Source of the DNA: Hypanus sabinus
Lineage: Eukaryota
Direction: 5' to 3'
DNA: 64,000 nucleotides
Assembly: GCF_030144855.1 (NCBI RefSeq)
Contig: NC_082731.1
Location: forward strand, 25,296,001 to 25,360,000
Part shown: positions 49,527 to 63,860 of the stretch, in pieces
Numbering within the stretch: the stretch's first letter is position 1
Layout: every line of letters begins with the position of its first letter
Translations under genes and position numbers: made by a program
The notes under the pieces: generated by a model
The model's input: the letters and a program-made list of their open reading frames with translations, nothing else
The model's database searches: none
Told to the model about the DNA's origin: nothing

Positions 49527-52500
49527 AGCTTTATCGCTGGTATTATAATCCTTTTTGGTATCTATTCGTAGGGCATTGGAGATTCAGTTGCCGTGACGCT
49601 AGAGAGAATATTTACACCCGTTAACAGACAGATGGAGCGGAAACCAGATGAACTTCCGAACTTAACGTCAGCGCCTTCTTCACGATGCAAACGAGAAATG
49701 CAATAGATGTCAAATTTCAAGTCTTCTACGAAGACCTGCACCATCTTTGAGCCGCAAGTAACACCAGTGTAAAAGGCAAAGCAGTAGTTAATTACGGAAT
49801 ATTGAATGGGACAGCTGAGGGAACCAAATCACGGGACAAATGTATTTGAAGAGACGTCTTCCTGCATAAAACGTCAAGTACTTAAACAAGTTAAACGCAA
49901 GAATGAAATATCGTTACCATGACTGCCTTATTTCTGGAAATGCCCAGTCAAATTAATAGGCTTCTACTGATCACGAAATAGTTTCTCATGAAATTTATTT
50001 TGTACTACTGTAAACCTACCTACCGCTGAAACAAATTCATGACACACGACATCTCTCTCGTCCTGGAAACATCACCAGAGCATAAGAAAATTAATCCACC
50101 TCTGTGTTCGACTACAGTTTTTTGACAGTAACTCCGCAGTGAATCCCATGATTCCAAGGGAACTTATCGCACACACTTGGACATGGAACTCAATATGTCT
50201 GTTGCAGCTTGATCATTCATTTTCTGACAAACAGATGTCGAACAGCAAGGATAAACATGAAGGACTCCTTCATGAATATCATGAACACTCGTGCGTCAGA
50301 AAGCTGCGTTCTCAGAACATCACTCTCATTTTAATCACTGTCGACACAGAATTACATGTCAATTCCCAGCTCTATCTCCATCTGTTCTTTTGCAGATAGC
50401 AACTGCGTAGCAGGCTATAACACAAATACGAAGGAGTTTAAATGCATTACTGAGATCGATTGACTAAGGATATACTGCCATTGAAAAAAAAACAAAAAAA
50501 AAAAAACCTCGGCGTTAACACAAAAGAAAAGTAGCCAGTCATTGGCTTCAGGAGTACCGGTTTGGGATATGGTACATGTTTATGATTATCACAACTGTTA
50601 TGCGCATGACAGTATTGAGCGATTCGCATAACGACAGGAAAATTTCACTTATGGCCTGATTGTTTCTGAATGTGTTGACTCTATCCTCAACTACCTGAGG
50701 AGGATAAAGAAAATTCGGCATGTACCCATTGATACTTGTTATGCTCTACGGGTGCAGCAATTAAAACATTCTGTCTGGATGGATTGTAGAGTAGTATAGC
50801 ATCTGGAACCTCCAAAACCGACAGAAAAACAATAACTAGCCTCCCCGTCATTCGGTCTGCATTTCTCACAGAACGGAACAGCAGTCAAAATTAACCAAAG
50901 ACAGTTAGCACCCGAAAGTTCTCACAGACCTCCACCTTCCTATCTTGTATAAAATTCATAAGACTTAAAAAACTTAGCACAAGTTTCAGGGACAGATAGT
51001 ACCCAGCAATTTCCACGAGACACATGCATGATATCTTTATTTCTTGACCTCACAGATATCCACGTCATGACTTCGCCATTTATCGTCTCATTGCTCTTTA
51101 ATTTGTAAGTGTAAAACCTTATTCAAAATTTTCTTATTGATTCTCCATTGATCACCGTCAATGTAATTATGTGATCAAATGATGAATATGGTTTGAATAC
51201 AAAGCATATACTTCATTGTGTCTCAGGATATGTGCAAATATTAAACCAAATTTAGCAACTTAACAGTGCTGTGTGTGCTGGACATCGTAAGCTGATGCAC
51301 TTTTCTTAGGAGTACAAAATCTGCCTGTGCCTCGACAAGCAACTGCATAGGAATATAGCGGTCAATGCAATCGACCGGTTAAGAGGCAGCTGTCATGCGG
51401 TGAATGAAAATTATGTAACGATTAGTGTCGATATGAAGTATCAAAATGACAGTGAAATAACACGTATTAGAGACAGGATCATTGGTATTTGGTAAACCAA
51501 GGGATGAGTTGAATGATGATGAGTAGATCGAGGTATGTATGCCAACAGGGTTGAATTGGGAGAGTGAGTTAGTTGAAGGACATAAAGGGCGGAAGAAAAT
51601 CTATCATTCACTTTCTCTATCAGTCAACTAACAGTCACTCGGAACAGGTTTTGGGCACTTCTGCGTAGCGAGTTGATATTCACATGAGGGTTTCCTGAGA
51701 TTATTGAATTATGCACGATTCACTGCTATATGGTTGTACATTCTATGAATCAGAGGCAGGTTTCAAGGGTTACCTCGTACGTCTCTTGACAAAAGGCGGG
51801 TCCCGGCCCGGTACCCTAGAAGGGTGCTGACCCAGGTGTTTCATGTCCTGTGTCTGCGTCTGTCCCTTGAGGAAGAAGGGTCCCTGTTCCATGCCTGGTA
51901 TTCAAAGGCGTAGTCCCGGCTGAGTGTTTCATGTCTTGCGTTTGAGGTTGCGGTGATCAAATGCCCAAGTCTAAAGTGTCCAAGTTCTGGCTGCGGCAAT
52001 CCAAGTCCGAAGAACCGACTGCTGGCCTCGGCGGTCCAAGTGTCCAAGCCCTGGCCGCGGCGTTCCAAGTATCCAAGCACTGGCCGCGGTGCCCCGTGTT
52101 CCTCGAAGTCCACGTGTCCAAGCTCTGTGTTCCTCCAAGTCTCCTTGTGTAGAGTAATAAACTCTATTTTAGTTAACCTTATGAAACCGTGTTGTTTCTT
52201 GCATCTGGGTCCTCCTGTAGCACTCGTGCCCCACGGCACTGGGATACTAAGCTTGAATAAAGTCAAAGCCTATTTAAGAGAGACAATAGAATAGAAGAAC
52301 GAGAAGATGAGACCGCAAGATCCGGCATTCAACTTCGCGACTTAGAATATCATTGATATCTGTATACGTGCATAAAGAACCACTTATAGTTTTCTTTTTC
52401 TGTCTGCTTGTCTATCAGTTTCTCTCGCACGCAATCTCACTGTCCTCACCCCATTTACTCACTCACGCTCTGTCTCTTTCAACGTCTATCTGTATCTAAC

Positions 52501-53720
52501 TTCATTTCTAACTATCTACATTATTCTCTATCTGCATTTGGATCTGAGTCATTTTGTGCTTTCATTTTTCCCCTTTGGTTCCCGATGGCTGTGTCCAGCT
52601 GTGAAATGGAGTTTACGAAACAAAACAATTATGATCGGTATTAGCTCTTTATATTAATAAGATTAGGTTACATCATGGAGACTGGAAAAACATTAATACA
52701 TGTAGACAATATAAACTCATCCAAATATGGTACGTCTTGGATTTTAGTTAATGTAGACACCGTTGACCATAGAATCAGATGGAGCAGGCAATCATCCAGT
52801 TATTCATCAGAAAGAAAAAAAATCTAACTGTTCTAGCTGGGATCCATAAATTTCCCGTAACTGGTAACTTCTCGAAACTAAGTGCCCCCACAAGTCCGGA
52901 TCCAACATATATTTTGTTAGACATTAAAACATTATTACATTGTCATTTAACCATTGATATTTAGCCGATAGCAGTTTAATGTGGATAGAACAGCTTAATG
53001 TCTATAGAAGGTATAAATGCATGAATGATTTCTTTTTTCAAACGCTTTTCTGCACAAAGCAGTTTCATCGATGTGATCCGTATGCTAATTAATAATCTAT
53101 GCTGTTAAGTAAATCTAAAACGTCATACAATTGCACATGAAATATTTACAGATTTGAAGATCTTTCCAATGCATCGCCATTGTCAAATATGTGGAGAAGT
53201 GCAAATAATTAAATAATTATTTTGATCTGACGCAATGCCTCTCATGTATTTATTTTTCCCTGTCTGGTATAAATAAGTTATACCTATTGCCGAAAAACTG
53301 TTACACATTTATTTTTCTACGGATAAATATTTCAGCATTGTCTCCCATTCAACACGAACTATTTGGCCTATTGACATTTCAAGTATCCACGTGATCAAAT
53401 GCTTTTAATTCTAGAATAGCTCTTTATAACCATAACGGGGATAATACTTGCGATAGCCGAAAAATGCATGGTAATCGTTAACTGTAGTAAAGCTGTTACT
53501 TTTTTTCCGTAATGGGTCTCAAATTTTAAGGCTTACACAAACTGTTGGCGATGAGGGCATAGTTCATCTAAGTCCCTTTCTCAATCTATATATTCAGCCA
53601 AAACCTCGCCTTTTGTTGGCGTGCTGAAATGCCTTTCATGGCACCATCGTTCAAAGTTTCCGCTGTCAAATTGTCTTATGGAGTGGTGTTGAACCTTCCC
53701 GGATGGATATCACAGTAGAG

Positions 53721-54141
53721 TTAAGTCACTGACTTCAACCAATCTTCTTTTAACTTACTTATCTCGTGAGAGACTGCGCTGTACATTTTACTCACTGTCA
53801 TTCTTCTGTTACTCACAGTCGTTCTTCTGTTACATTCAGTCTCTCTACAATTTTATCAGCTAAATTCCAAAGACAGCAGTCATTGTGTTAAGATTGACCT
53901 TCAGGATTCCTTTCTTAATATTAAACCTGCAGGTGTCCATTCCGATAACGTGTTGACTTAGCCACTGGTTGGGACAGCAAGACCAGTATGATCACTGAGG
54001 CCGACCTTAGTACCAGCATAGTACTTGGTCCCTCAAGTACATCGACAGGGACTGGAGCGGTAGTTTTCATACTACAGTCCTTCAAGCATGGGCTTCGCCC
54101 CAAGGATCCAGAGTTGATTTACCCCAACCAAAGACACAGCT
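53721..54141 (+). pseudogene. VH-type pseudogene, copy B (V exon from 53933)
   Basis: Duplicate of 39395-39815 with the same stops. Confidence 0.8.
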
Positions 54142-54328
54142 GACACACAATTTGACACAGCTGTTCCTAATTGTGGAGCAAGTCATTTTCTTTTGTTTAT
54201 TATGAATGGTACATCTAAAGAGTTAAGCCGTGCTCTGTTTAATTTCGATGCTTTTTTTGAATTATTCGGTTATTTAAAAACAGATTGAAAATCGATTTTC
54301 AGCGAATCGTTAATTTAAGCAGTGTCCG

Positions 54329-54675
54329 CATTTTTGATTCGGCCTGCTTCATTATGCCTGTAAAGTGGAGTCACTGTTTTGTAAACAAAAGGTTTTTCGT
54401 TCCAAAGCCTCAGCAACTACCTTACTGTTTCTCGAGGTTAACAGTATACCCGCACAGGCTGCCGAATGTAGATTTATATAAAATATAAGCGAATATATAC
54501 CGGACATGTCTGGCTTCAAGAATACACACCGTAGTGTCATTCCTGGCAAGAAAAAAAAACTCGATTACATGAGAGGGAAAGGAAAGCATTTCGCTAATAT
54601 TCTCTAGAGTATTTGTTGGGACATGCCTCACATTGTTAATTGGATAAAATAGCGGTTACCGCCTATAGAGCAGGC
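54329..54675 (+). pseudogene. Decayed DH1 (54329-54410) and DH2 (54608-54675), copy B
   Basis: Duplicates of 40003-40084 and 40283-40350. Confidence 0.5.
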
Positions 54676-54965
54676 TTCCGATCGTTAATTCTGTGGTTTT
54701 GTGTTATCATTCGATCATTATTACTGTTGTTAAGCACCATTTGTGCACATCACTTTCATGAATGTGAAAGAACGAGACCTGGTGATTCATCATATATCAC
54801 TAAGTCTATTGATATTTCGCAGGTATGCCTGAAAGACATCATTATGCTACCTGATATCGGTTAAAATGCTTCCTTTATCGCGCTTATCAATACCGGTGTC
54901 AAATTTGTTTTGAAGAAAATAATACATACATATTTTATCATTTTTGCACGTAATTTAGATTAGCT

Positions 54966-55052
54966 AATAATTGTGCGATACAGCCCAAGGGATGTTGTAC
55001 TGCTACGATATTGAGTACTGGGGAAGAGACATCATTGTGACGGTAACAGATG
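54966..55052 (+). pseudogene. JH-like pseudogene, copy B (YDIEYWGRDIIVTVTD)
   Basis: Retains the WG of the WGxG motif; heptamer TACTGCT; GTAAGT donor. Confidence 0.75.
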
Positions 55053-56221
55053 GTAAGTAACAGATAAGTTTCATTTCAATATCCGTTACAATTGTAATTT
55101 AATTCCACATTTCGGTGATGCTCTCAATTACTCTTTCCTCTACTCATATTCGGCCTTCAATTGAATTCTGCGTTAATTTTGTTTTAATAATTGTGCTGTG
55201 ATGCAGTCACAGAGATTTATGAATTGAGTTTGTTTTAATTTTGACACTAAAATGGGGGTGAATTAGTTCTTATTTGCACAAAGATCAATGCTTCTGCTCT
55301 TATTCAATACGTTGATGCTTTTATATTGTTTGGAATTGCGGCATTGATAAACTAGACCAATGTCTGCCCATCCTCAACAACGGCACATAGCATGTTTCCA
55401 TCTGTTTCTCCGGTTTGTGGAGAATTATTCAAAGCAAAAATTGGTACACTCTGAGACAAAGCAGCAGCAACGATTCCGAAATGTATGTTTACTTGTACCG
55501 TATAACCAACTATTCAAACAGTCTTCAATAAGGCCTGGTGGAGGAATAACTTAAGCTTGCAATCTTTTAAGCTTCACAAACTGAAAAGTTTATTAATCGG
55601 TATTGATTGATCTACAGTGTTGTAATTTGAGCAATATCGGAGTAATACAACACAATTCCTTTTGCAGTCAAATTGATCCATGGAATAATAATCAATATTT
55701 CTACCGTTTTTCAGCGTTACTTCTTTCACCACCTTGGAGCAATAAAGCCGTTAGACAGTGCTGCAAAAGGATGGATCAAGTGGAATTGCGGAGATCGCTT
55801 GCTTGTGAAGCAGAGCCTAAGATCAGAGGTGCAACCTTAAATTAAATGGTCGGATTATTAGAATTGAAATGTGGAGGAATATTTTTTTCAGGGGCGGAAG
55901 GAAAAATCTGTGGAATTAATTGCTATATAAATTTGAGATCACCGCCACGTTATGTGTATTTCTGGAAGAAATTTATAGTTTTATTTTTATGAGTATGCAA
56001 TTTAGACATTATTGGGAGAATGCATGAGAATGGGTGAAACAAAGCATGATCGGTTGTCTATGGAGAGACAATGGTCTACTACATTATCCCCCACTTGCTG
56101 GTAATGTGCAAATATTGATTAATTTAATGTACTTGTAATTATTGTTTTTTCATGTGAAGTAATCAAGTTCTATCAGTCTAGTTTGTGTATTACTAACTTG
56201 TTAGGATGTCTTTGTTTTCAG

Positions 56222-56500
56222 GAAAACAAAGAGTGGTCGTACATCGAATCACAAGTAATTCAAAACATCCTTGTTAGTGTAATAGGTTATCATCTGCCTA
56301 CTGAGGCATCGCCATTTGCAGTCAAGAAATAAAGACGAAAGAGACTGTGATTTGAACTTGCTTCAAGAATATGGCAAGAACTGTTTGTGTGGAAGAAGAT
56401 TTTAAACATGGAAAGTAATTGAGTCATAACACGGACAATTCGATTATCCGTTCCAAAGAGAACTTGTGGCAAGAATCTTCATCTTAAACCTGTTGTCAGT
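56222..56500 (+). pseudogene. Possible decayed Ig constant exon, copy B
   Basis: Duplicate of 41897-42160; TACTAAC at 56191. Confidence 0.35.
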
Positions 56501-57469
56501 ACACCATTATATCATGTTTGCTGAGCTTTCTTTCTTTGAAAGGACACCAACCGTTGCAAGTATATTTCAGACATATTGTTTTCTTTAATTTCTTGTCGTA
56601 AAAGGTTGCTGGACTCCAGATCTTAAATTGTAACTGAAAATCAGCTTGAAGGAAACAAAAACACTCTTCAGCGAACTGATGTACCCATACGGTATATGTT
56701 TTAAGACACATTGAATGCAGAGGGTCACTGCACCTGCTTCATAATAGCTTATCAACAGAGCATAACACAACGGGCTGTTTAATTTAGATTGTTTCAAGAA
56801 GACAAACTGAATCTTTACATGTTTATTGGAAGGATGTTCGGCGAATACATGGATCACAACATTCAATTATCAATGACTGATATGTTTATAGTTTAAAAGT
56901 TGTATTGCCGTTAAGAAATTAGGTTTTAAGCATTATTAGTCGATAGCTAAGATAGATGTCTGGAAAAGATTTTTTTCAACTGAGTGTTTAAAAAGATACT
57001 TGAGTAAATATCACGTAATTGTGAATTTACACAAGCAGCTGAAAAGGTATCAATATATGGAACAGTTCAGGCTTATTAGTAATGGGGCATCAAGAAACAG
57101 GGAAAACTAAAACATATCCAACCAGTTTTGTTGCTTGGAACGGACAACTTGTTTCTCTGCCACTTTGGTGTACTGAATATTTTAGTGAATAGAAAAGGTA
57201 CCCGCGTTTTGGAAATGCATTTATTATTTTTTCTTTATTTGATTTATAACTAATTCCTTAAGTAAAATTGCTTCATAGGTTTTGAAAATAATTTGTGTTC
57301 CAGAATGGTTATTATTTGGAAATTATTGATATCGCTTCACAATTCAAGATAATGATTCAATAATAAAATATACGATGGAAATCCTCTGAGAGTGTTTCAT
57401 GTATTTTAAGAAGGATTTCGGTGTATTTAGGCGTGCTTCACTGAAAATACGTTAACCGGGTTTTACTCC

Positions 57470-58820
57470 AATTAAAAGCAAGAGAAGATCCGCAGTTGCT
57501 GGAAATCTAAGAAGCAAAGAAAAAAATGCTGGAGAAACTTAGCAGTGCAGGCAACTTCTATGGAAAAGTGTACAGTCGAGGTTTTGGGTCGAAATACTTA
57601 GATATAATTGAGAAAAAAGAAAGATCAAGGATAGAGTTAAAAGGTGTGAGAGCGGGAGGGAAGAATACATGGTGATAAGTGAAACTGGGAAGGGGAGGGT
57701 TAAAGTAAAGAGCTGGAAATGTTTTTGCTGAAAGAGATGCAGAGCTGGACAAAAGGGAGTCTGATGGGAGACGATAGAAGGCCATGAAATCAATAAAAGA
57801 CTGGCAGGAGTACCAGAGGTAGAGGTTGTACAAGCAAAAAAATAATGCTGGAGGGTATAAGATGATGGTGAACAGTGAAAAATGTGGAGGATATTAAGCG
57901 AAATTCAAGAGGTCTATGTTTAAGCCATCAGTCTGGAGGCTACCAGACGGAATATAAGGTGTTATTCCTGTAAATTGATTCTGCCCTCATCACGACAGTG
58001 GGGGAGGGCATGGATAGATATATCGGAATGAGAATGCGAAGTGGAATTAAAACGGTGGGCACAGTATTTTTGTCTTCTAGCAGACAGAATGCAGATGTTT
58101 GGCGGAGTGGTTTCCAAATCTACGCTGGGTCTCACCGGTATAAAAGAGACCACACCGGAAGCACAGGAGGCAGTACATGAACACAGCAGACTCAAAGGTG
58201 AACTGTAGCCTCAAATAGAAGGACTGTTTAAGTCCTGAATGTTAGTAATAAAGGAGATATATGGGTAGGTATAGCACTTGTTCCGCTTGCAAGCATAAGC
58301 ACCGGGAGGGAGATCCGAGGGAAGGGATGAATGGCAATGGAATCTCACAGGGAGCGATCCTTGCCGACAGCAGAATGTGGGAGGGATGGAAGAATGAGCT
58401 TGGTTGTTGAACCCACTGTAGGTTGAGGAGATTTATTAGCTGAACGCAACGTCCGTTGGAATGGTAGGCGATGACAAGAGGAACGCTATCCCTGGTAGAA
58501 TGGCGGGAGGGTGGGGAGAGAGCAGAGGTGCATAAGATGGAAGAAATGCGGCTGAAGGCTATGTTAATGATGGTTGAAGGGAAACGACTGTCTTTGGAGA
58601 AAGAGGGCATCTATTTTGATCTGGAACACAAAGCCCTATCCTGAGAGCAAATGAGCTGGATACGGAGGAACGGACAGGACGGGGTGGCGGTTTTACAACT
58701 GGGTAGGAGGAGCTATGGGTCCAGGTAGCTGTGACAGTCCGTGAGTTTGTTATAGTCATGAGCAGATACGTTTTCTCCAGCAACAGAAGCAGAAAGATTG
58801 AGAAAGTGGAGGGTGTGTTG
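57470..58820 (-). mobile_element. Decayed Penelope-like element (copy B)
   Basis: Duplicate of 43130-44480. Confidence 0.7.
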
Positions 58821-61800
58821 GACATGGATCAGTGTCCTGGGGCAAAAGAAACTTAAAGCTCTGAGACCTTGCTGATTGGGGCTTGATGATGTGGAAGTCT
58901 ATTATAACTGAACGTCGAGTACATAATTCACCGCAATGTCCGCCATCTGCAACGGGTCCCTGCCGTCAAGAAAATATTTTCAACAGAACCCCCCCCCTCC
59001 TCAAACACCACCTATGGAAAAAGCGGAATTTCCCAGTGGCTGTGTATTTTAAATGCACACCATTCCATTTCCAATATAGCAGACCATCGTCTCCTCTACT
59101 TCCGTGATGAAGGCACACTCAGTTTTGAGTATCAACACCATTTATTACACTTGGGTAGCTTGGAAAATCGATTTCTCGAACCTCCTGTAATGGACACCAC
59201 ACACTTACCAGCTCCCCTTTTACAATCCCCATTCCTTTTTCCCGCTCACATTTTATCTCCTTATCTTCTTTTATCTCCATAATTTACCACTCGGCTATTC
59301 GGTTTCACCTATCACCTTGTTTTTCTTTTCCCCCCTCCGCCTTTCAACTCAACCCCTCATGATTTGCTTTTCCCTCTCCAGTCCTGGAATCGGTACGAAA
59401 CGTCATCTGTTCACTTTTCCATGGATGTTGCCTCGCCTGCTGAGTTCCTCCCGGACTCTGAATGCGTGTTCAAAACTTCCGGAGCTAGCTGGTAGTATCT
59501 TCCCCTTGGGATGGGGAGTAGATCTAATGTTCGAATCGTTGGTATTGACAGCTATACCAGTCGGGAAGAATAAATATGTAAGTAAAGTAGTTTTTTAAAG
59601 ATTGAGTATCGACAGTATATTTTTCCTTTAGTGACAGTACTTTTGACTATTTATATCTTACAAGGCTTAAGGTGCTTACTGAGTTCAGAGCTTCTGGCTC
59701 AGCAAAGCCAATAGCAGCAACATTTACGGATGGACGAGACAAGCACAATTCAATCTATTCGTAGGCATGACTAATCCTTGAGAGATAATTTCGAAATATC
59801 GACCACGACTCTTGAACTGTAGCATAGACATCGAAAAAGAAACCTACAGTCCTACATTGGGAAATATGTAATCAGAGAAATGCTAAATTCGATGGAAATA
59901 TACAGGAACTTGGAAAGATAAATTGGGAGAGCAACTGAACGAAAATACATGGAAGATACTTGAGGGTTATTATAGTCACATTCCTATCGATCAGCTTAGA
60001 TTTGGATCACTGAGACGTGAAAAAGGGATAGTAAGTGGAAGAAATCATGGATGCTATTACAGTTTGAGTATTTAATCATTTAGAGATTGTTCACCTTCAG
60101 GCTCATATTCATTGACTCAATGGTTGAATGATTTTCCAAGATTATTTTTCTCAATAATTGTAAAGACAAAGATGAATAAAGAAACCAAACAGGCCCTTCG
60201 GTTTAGCTCCTGAGTACTGAGCAAGCATAGATATAAATTAATTCCACTTATCCACACTCGTTCCGTATACCAGTATCAGATTTCAAATGGTGTATAAGTG
60301 TCATTTACCCTCCGGCCAAGCAGAGGAATAATAATACGACTTTCCGAGCCGTGACCTTCCAATAGAGATCTGTTGTCGGTAATGGTGATGAAGGAATTTG
60401 ACGCAATAGATCAGCTGATTAGTGCTCTTCGTGGGTGCTGTCCGAACTGCTGAGTTCCACCAAAAAATTGAGTTCATCGCTCTGGGTTTCCAGCATCTTT
60501 AACATTTTCTGTTTTTTTTTAATGTAGATGCATCTACCGTCACCCATGAATTTAGAGAATACTATCCGAGTGAAGTGATTTCCCCCGGATTTATTTTAAA
60601 TATCTTCCCTCTTTGATGTTAAATCCACGCCCTCTTTTATTCCCGTGCGTATTCTTTCAGGTTTTCTTAAGGGCGGATAGTTGTGCTGACAGGAAAGGTT
60701 TCAATTATTCTCTCTTCATTTTAGCTACCATATAGTGAAATGCTTCGGACAAAAAAGAAGAACTCTCCTCCACTTTTCGATAAGTCGCGGCAAATTATTA
60801 CAGAGAACTGATAAGCAGCAGCCGTATCCGTCTATAATCTCCTCGAAAGTTTTGTTTGGGGCGAAAGGTTACTGTAGAACATGATTCGTTGTTGCTTTGT
60901 TTTAACTGTTCATTATTAGTAGCACCAACAGAATTACCGTCTGATTCATCTGCCACTTCTGTCAAGACCGCAATATCACAAAGGTTCCATTGAATGCAAT
61001 CCATCGATTTGGAATCAGCCCGGAATTTTCCTACAGCAAACACAATGTCAAAGATAAAAGAGCCACAGTCCTCATCTTGCAACACATCGACAACCGTTGT
61101 GCGAGACAATCACTCGGTGATTTCAGCATTCCAAGTATCTTATCAAATAATTTATTTGAATCCAATTAAGTATTTATGATATTAGGTGGCATTTACAAAG
61201 AATTAAATGTGACATCATTTCCAGCAGATGAAATTATAGAAGGTTCGAAAATACGCTATTCATTCAGAATTATAAACTTCGAACTAAGGACGAATTTGCC
61301 GGGGCAAAGTCTTCAGTTCAATCATGCCGCCAGCATTCAGTTGTTAGCACAGTCATTTCAATATTGATCACATAACAAGTTCCATGAATGATTGACGCGA
61401 TTGTTTCCAGGACTCCTGTTGTTGGACAGAACGAGTCAGCGATTTAAAATTGCGCATCAAATATAAAATAAATATCAATGCTGTTATCACACCAGCTCTT
61501 CCATTAAATTGTGCTTGTCTTTCATTATCTCGCGTGACCAATTATTAACTACTAACATTTGCTGTTCTTCTGCTCAGGATGGGAATATTATTCCGTGTGA
61601 TATGGGGCAAAATTGCTCTTCTGACATGTACAATTTTTTTCTGTCAATCCTTGTACTGACTCACTTTCACACAATCGTTCTGACCCCATGCAGCATGAGA
61701 GAAAGAGAGGGATGGCGGGGCCCTTCTTCGGAAGAAATCTTATCGTGGTTCCCAGTCACTTAAGTAGAATAAAAAATATGATTCCCTTCCAATCTACTTC

Positions 61801-62196
61801 CATTATAAAAACAATAGTATAAACTAATGCACCCAATGCACCCCCTCCTCGAAATGGAGCCAATGGGAGTGTAACCATTGAATGGCTCCCAGCCTCCTCT
61901 GGCTGCCTTCCTCCGCAGACTACCATTACCTTAATTTCCTCTAGGAGGGGCTTAATTATTGAGTCGGATGAGCCAAGAATAAGACACAATGCGCTCATTC
62001 AAATAGGTCGCATTTTGCAACCAGAACAATGCTAATGCTGAGGGTCCATGACAAATGTTAAGGACATCCGAAACATCGTTGCAGAGGACATTAATCACGC
62101 CGCTGAAGTCGCATCTCGCACATTTATAAACGGACTATCAAAACATACCGGCCTCCAGGTTTCCGTAACTCAATTCATCTGACCCCTGCTAGAACG

Positions 62197-62239
62197 ATGG
62201 ACATCTTCCTCATTCTTATCCTTTCTACATGTTGGCTCG
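62197..62239 (+). CDS. Leader exon of TCR V, copy B
   Basis: Identical to 47863-47905. Confidence 0.8.
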
Positions 62240-63511
62240 GTGAGTATCTTAGCACATTCGCAGGAGAAATTAAAAAAAGACCATTCAGTTTATTTTGGTG
62301 CATATCTCTGTGAATTCTCAATTGTTTTTTTCATCTCGGATTAATACAATATTGCTGATATTAAACGAGTTTTATGGTTTGAACTCAGCAGCGAGACCAG
62401 CAGTCTTGAGCCTTGTTTTTGAAGGTATTTTTCCCTGTTGGGAGTTCTACGCACCTGTACGCTGTTTAGCACTCCAGTGGTCAAGATGCTGTATGCTGTC
62501 TATCGAAGTTGCTCCACAAGCCAAGGCGGCATGATATGGGGACAACCCTGATTCCCATGTGATTTACTCCGTCTCTGCACTGGAATGATGAATCGAAAAG
62601 AACCGCAGGGGCCAATAGGGTTTTGCGTCGCAGGTGCTGGCAGTCAGCACTTAGCTCAATTTAATGTCTTTGAGACTCGAGTTGCCAGTTGTGCCTCCGA
62701 TTTTACTGGGCAAGCCTTCCCGTGAGTCGTCTAGCCGATCGACAACAGAGATGTAAAAATGGTGTTTCTCTGTTTTTTTTGAATGAGCTACGAATCACGG
62801 CTGACGAGCCACCCTTCCCTTTCAGGATTGTGCTGCTAACATCGGCTGAATCCGCAGAAATGTGCCTAGCACCTAAATTCACCTTTTTAGTTAAGGTGGC
62901 ACGGCAATGGAATAATACGTACAACACTTTATAGTCCAGGTAACATGGGCTCAATTCCCAACGCTGACGTACGGAGTTTGTCCGTTTCCACGTGACAGGG
63001 TCGTGTTGTCGTGACATCTTCTTCTAGAGGTCCCCGTTTCCTCCCACGTACTGTTTAGAAGTTTAACTTGCCTTTGAGTTTATTTTTTCCAGTGATTTGG
63101 CTGGAATAAATTTGCGGATTGCTGGGCAGCGTGCCCCGAAGTGCCAGAAGGGCCTATTCTCAGTTGTATTTCAGTAAACTAGAAATAAATAAAAGTACAG
63201 CTGCAATACACTGGCTTCCACCACGATTCATCACCAAGCAGGTGTTATGGAGAGCTCGCTCCCTCGGTTTTTTTCATTGCAGCGTCTGATCACAAACGGC
63301 ATTTATAGATACCCTGCAAGAATAAATCGATCTGCAGTTATTATTGTAAGCTGTTGCGTTTTCCACACAATTTGACGTGTAGTTCACTCTGTTCGTCAAA
63401 CGGTTAGTTATATAAGGTGTTATTGTGAAAAGTTTGAAAATTGAATAGTTATTCGCTGGCAGCGTCTAATGATCGTTAAGCTTTTCTCTTTACCTTGACC
63501 TATTTTCACAG

Positions 63512-63821
63512 CCCAGATTTCCACCCTTTCTGTCACTCAAAACCAGACTTTAGAAAGAAAAGGATCTGGTGAAATGGTGACTGTAAACTGTGCCTACAGT
63601 ACTACAAGACTCGACTATCACGTGCATTGGTACAGACAATCAGCACAGAGTAAACTGCAGTTTATTGTGTGGAAACGTTCCTGGAACTCAAAGGAAATGA
63701 AAGGACAGTTGTTACAAAAACGATTCGCTGCAGATCTCCACAAGGCGACATCTGTCTCCAGCTTAACTATCTGGGGTCTCCGTATTGAAGACACTGCTGT
63801 GTATTATTGCGCCCTGAGCCT
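63512..63821 (+). CDS. Intact TCR alpha/delta V exon, copy B
   Basis: 310 nt, 6 substitutions vs copy A, open frame, canonical C/W/YYC. Confidence 0.93.
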
Positions 63822-63860
63822 CACGGTGAATGAAACTACTTGCCTCCTAGTTCAAAAACT
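63822..63860 (+). other. 23-RSS
   Basis: CACGGTG + 23 nt + TCAAAAACT. Confidence 0.9.

Larger units (their letters stand above)
37485..51791 (+). repeat. Recent ~14.3 kb tandem duplication, copy A
   Basis: Near-identical to 51792-64000 at offsets 14307-14334. Confidence 0.97.

Noticed and set aside
50687-50869. Minus-strand 60 aa ORF with a signal-peptide-like start
   Set aside because: Short, with no splice or domain support.
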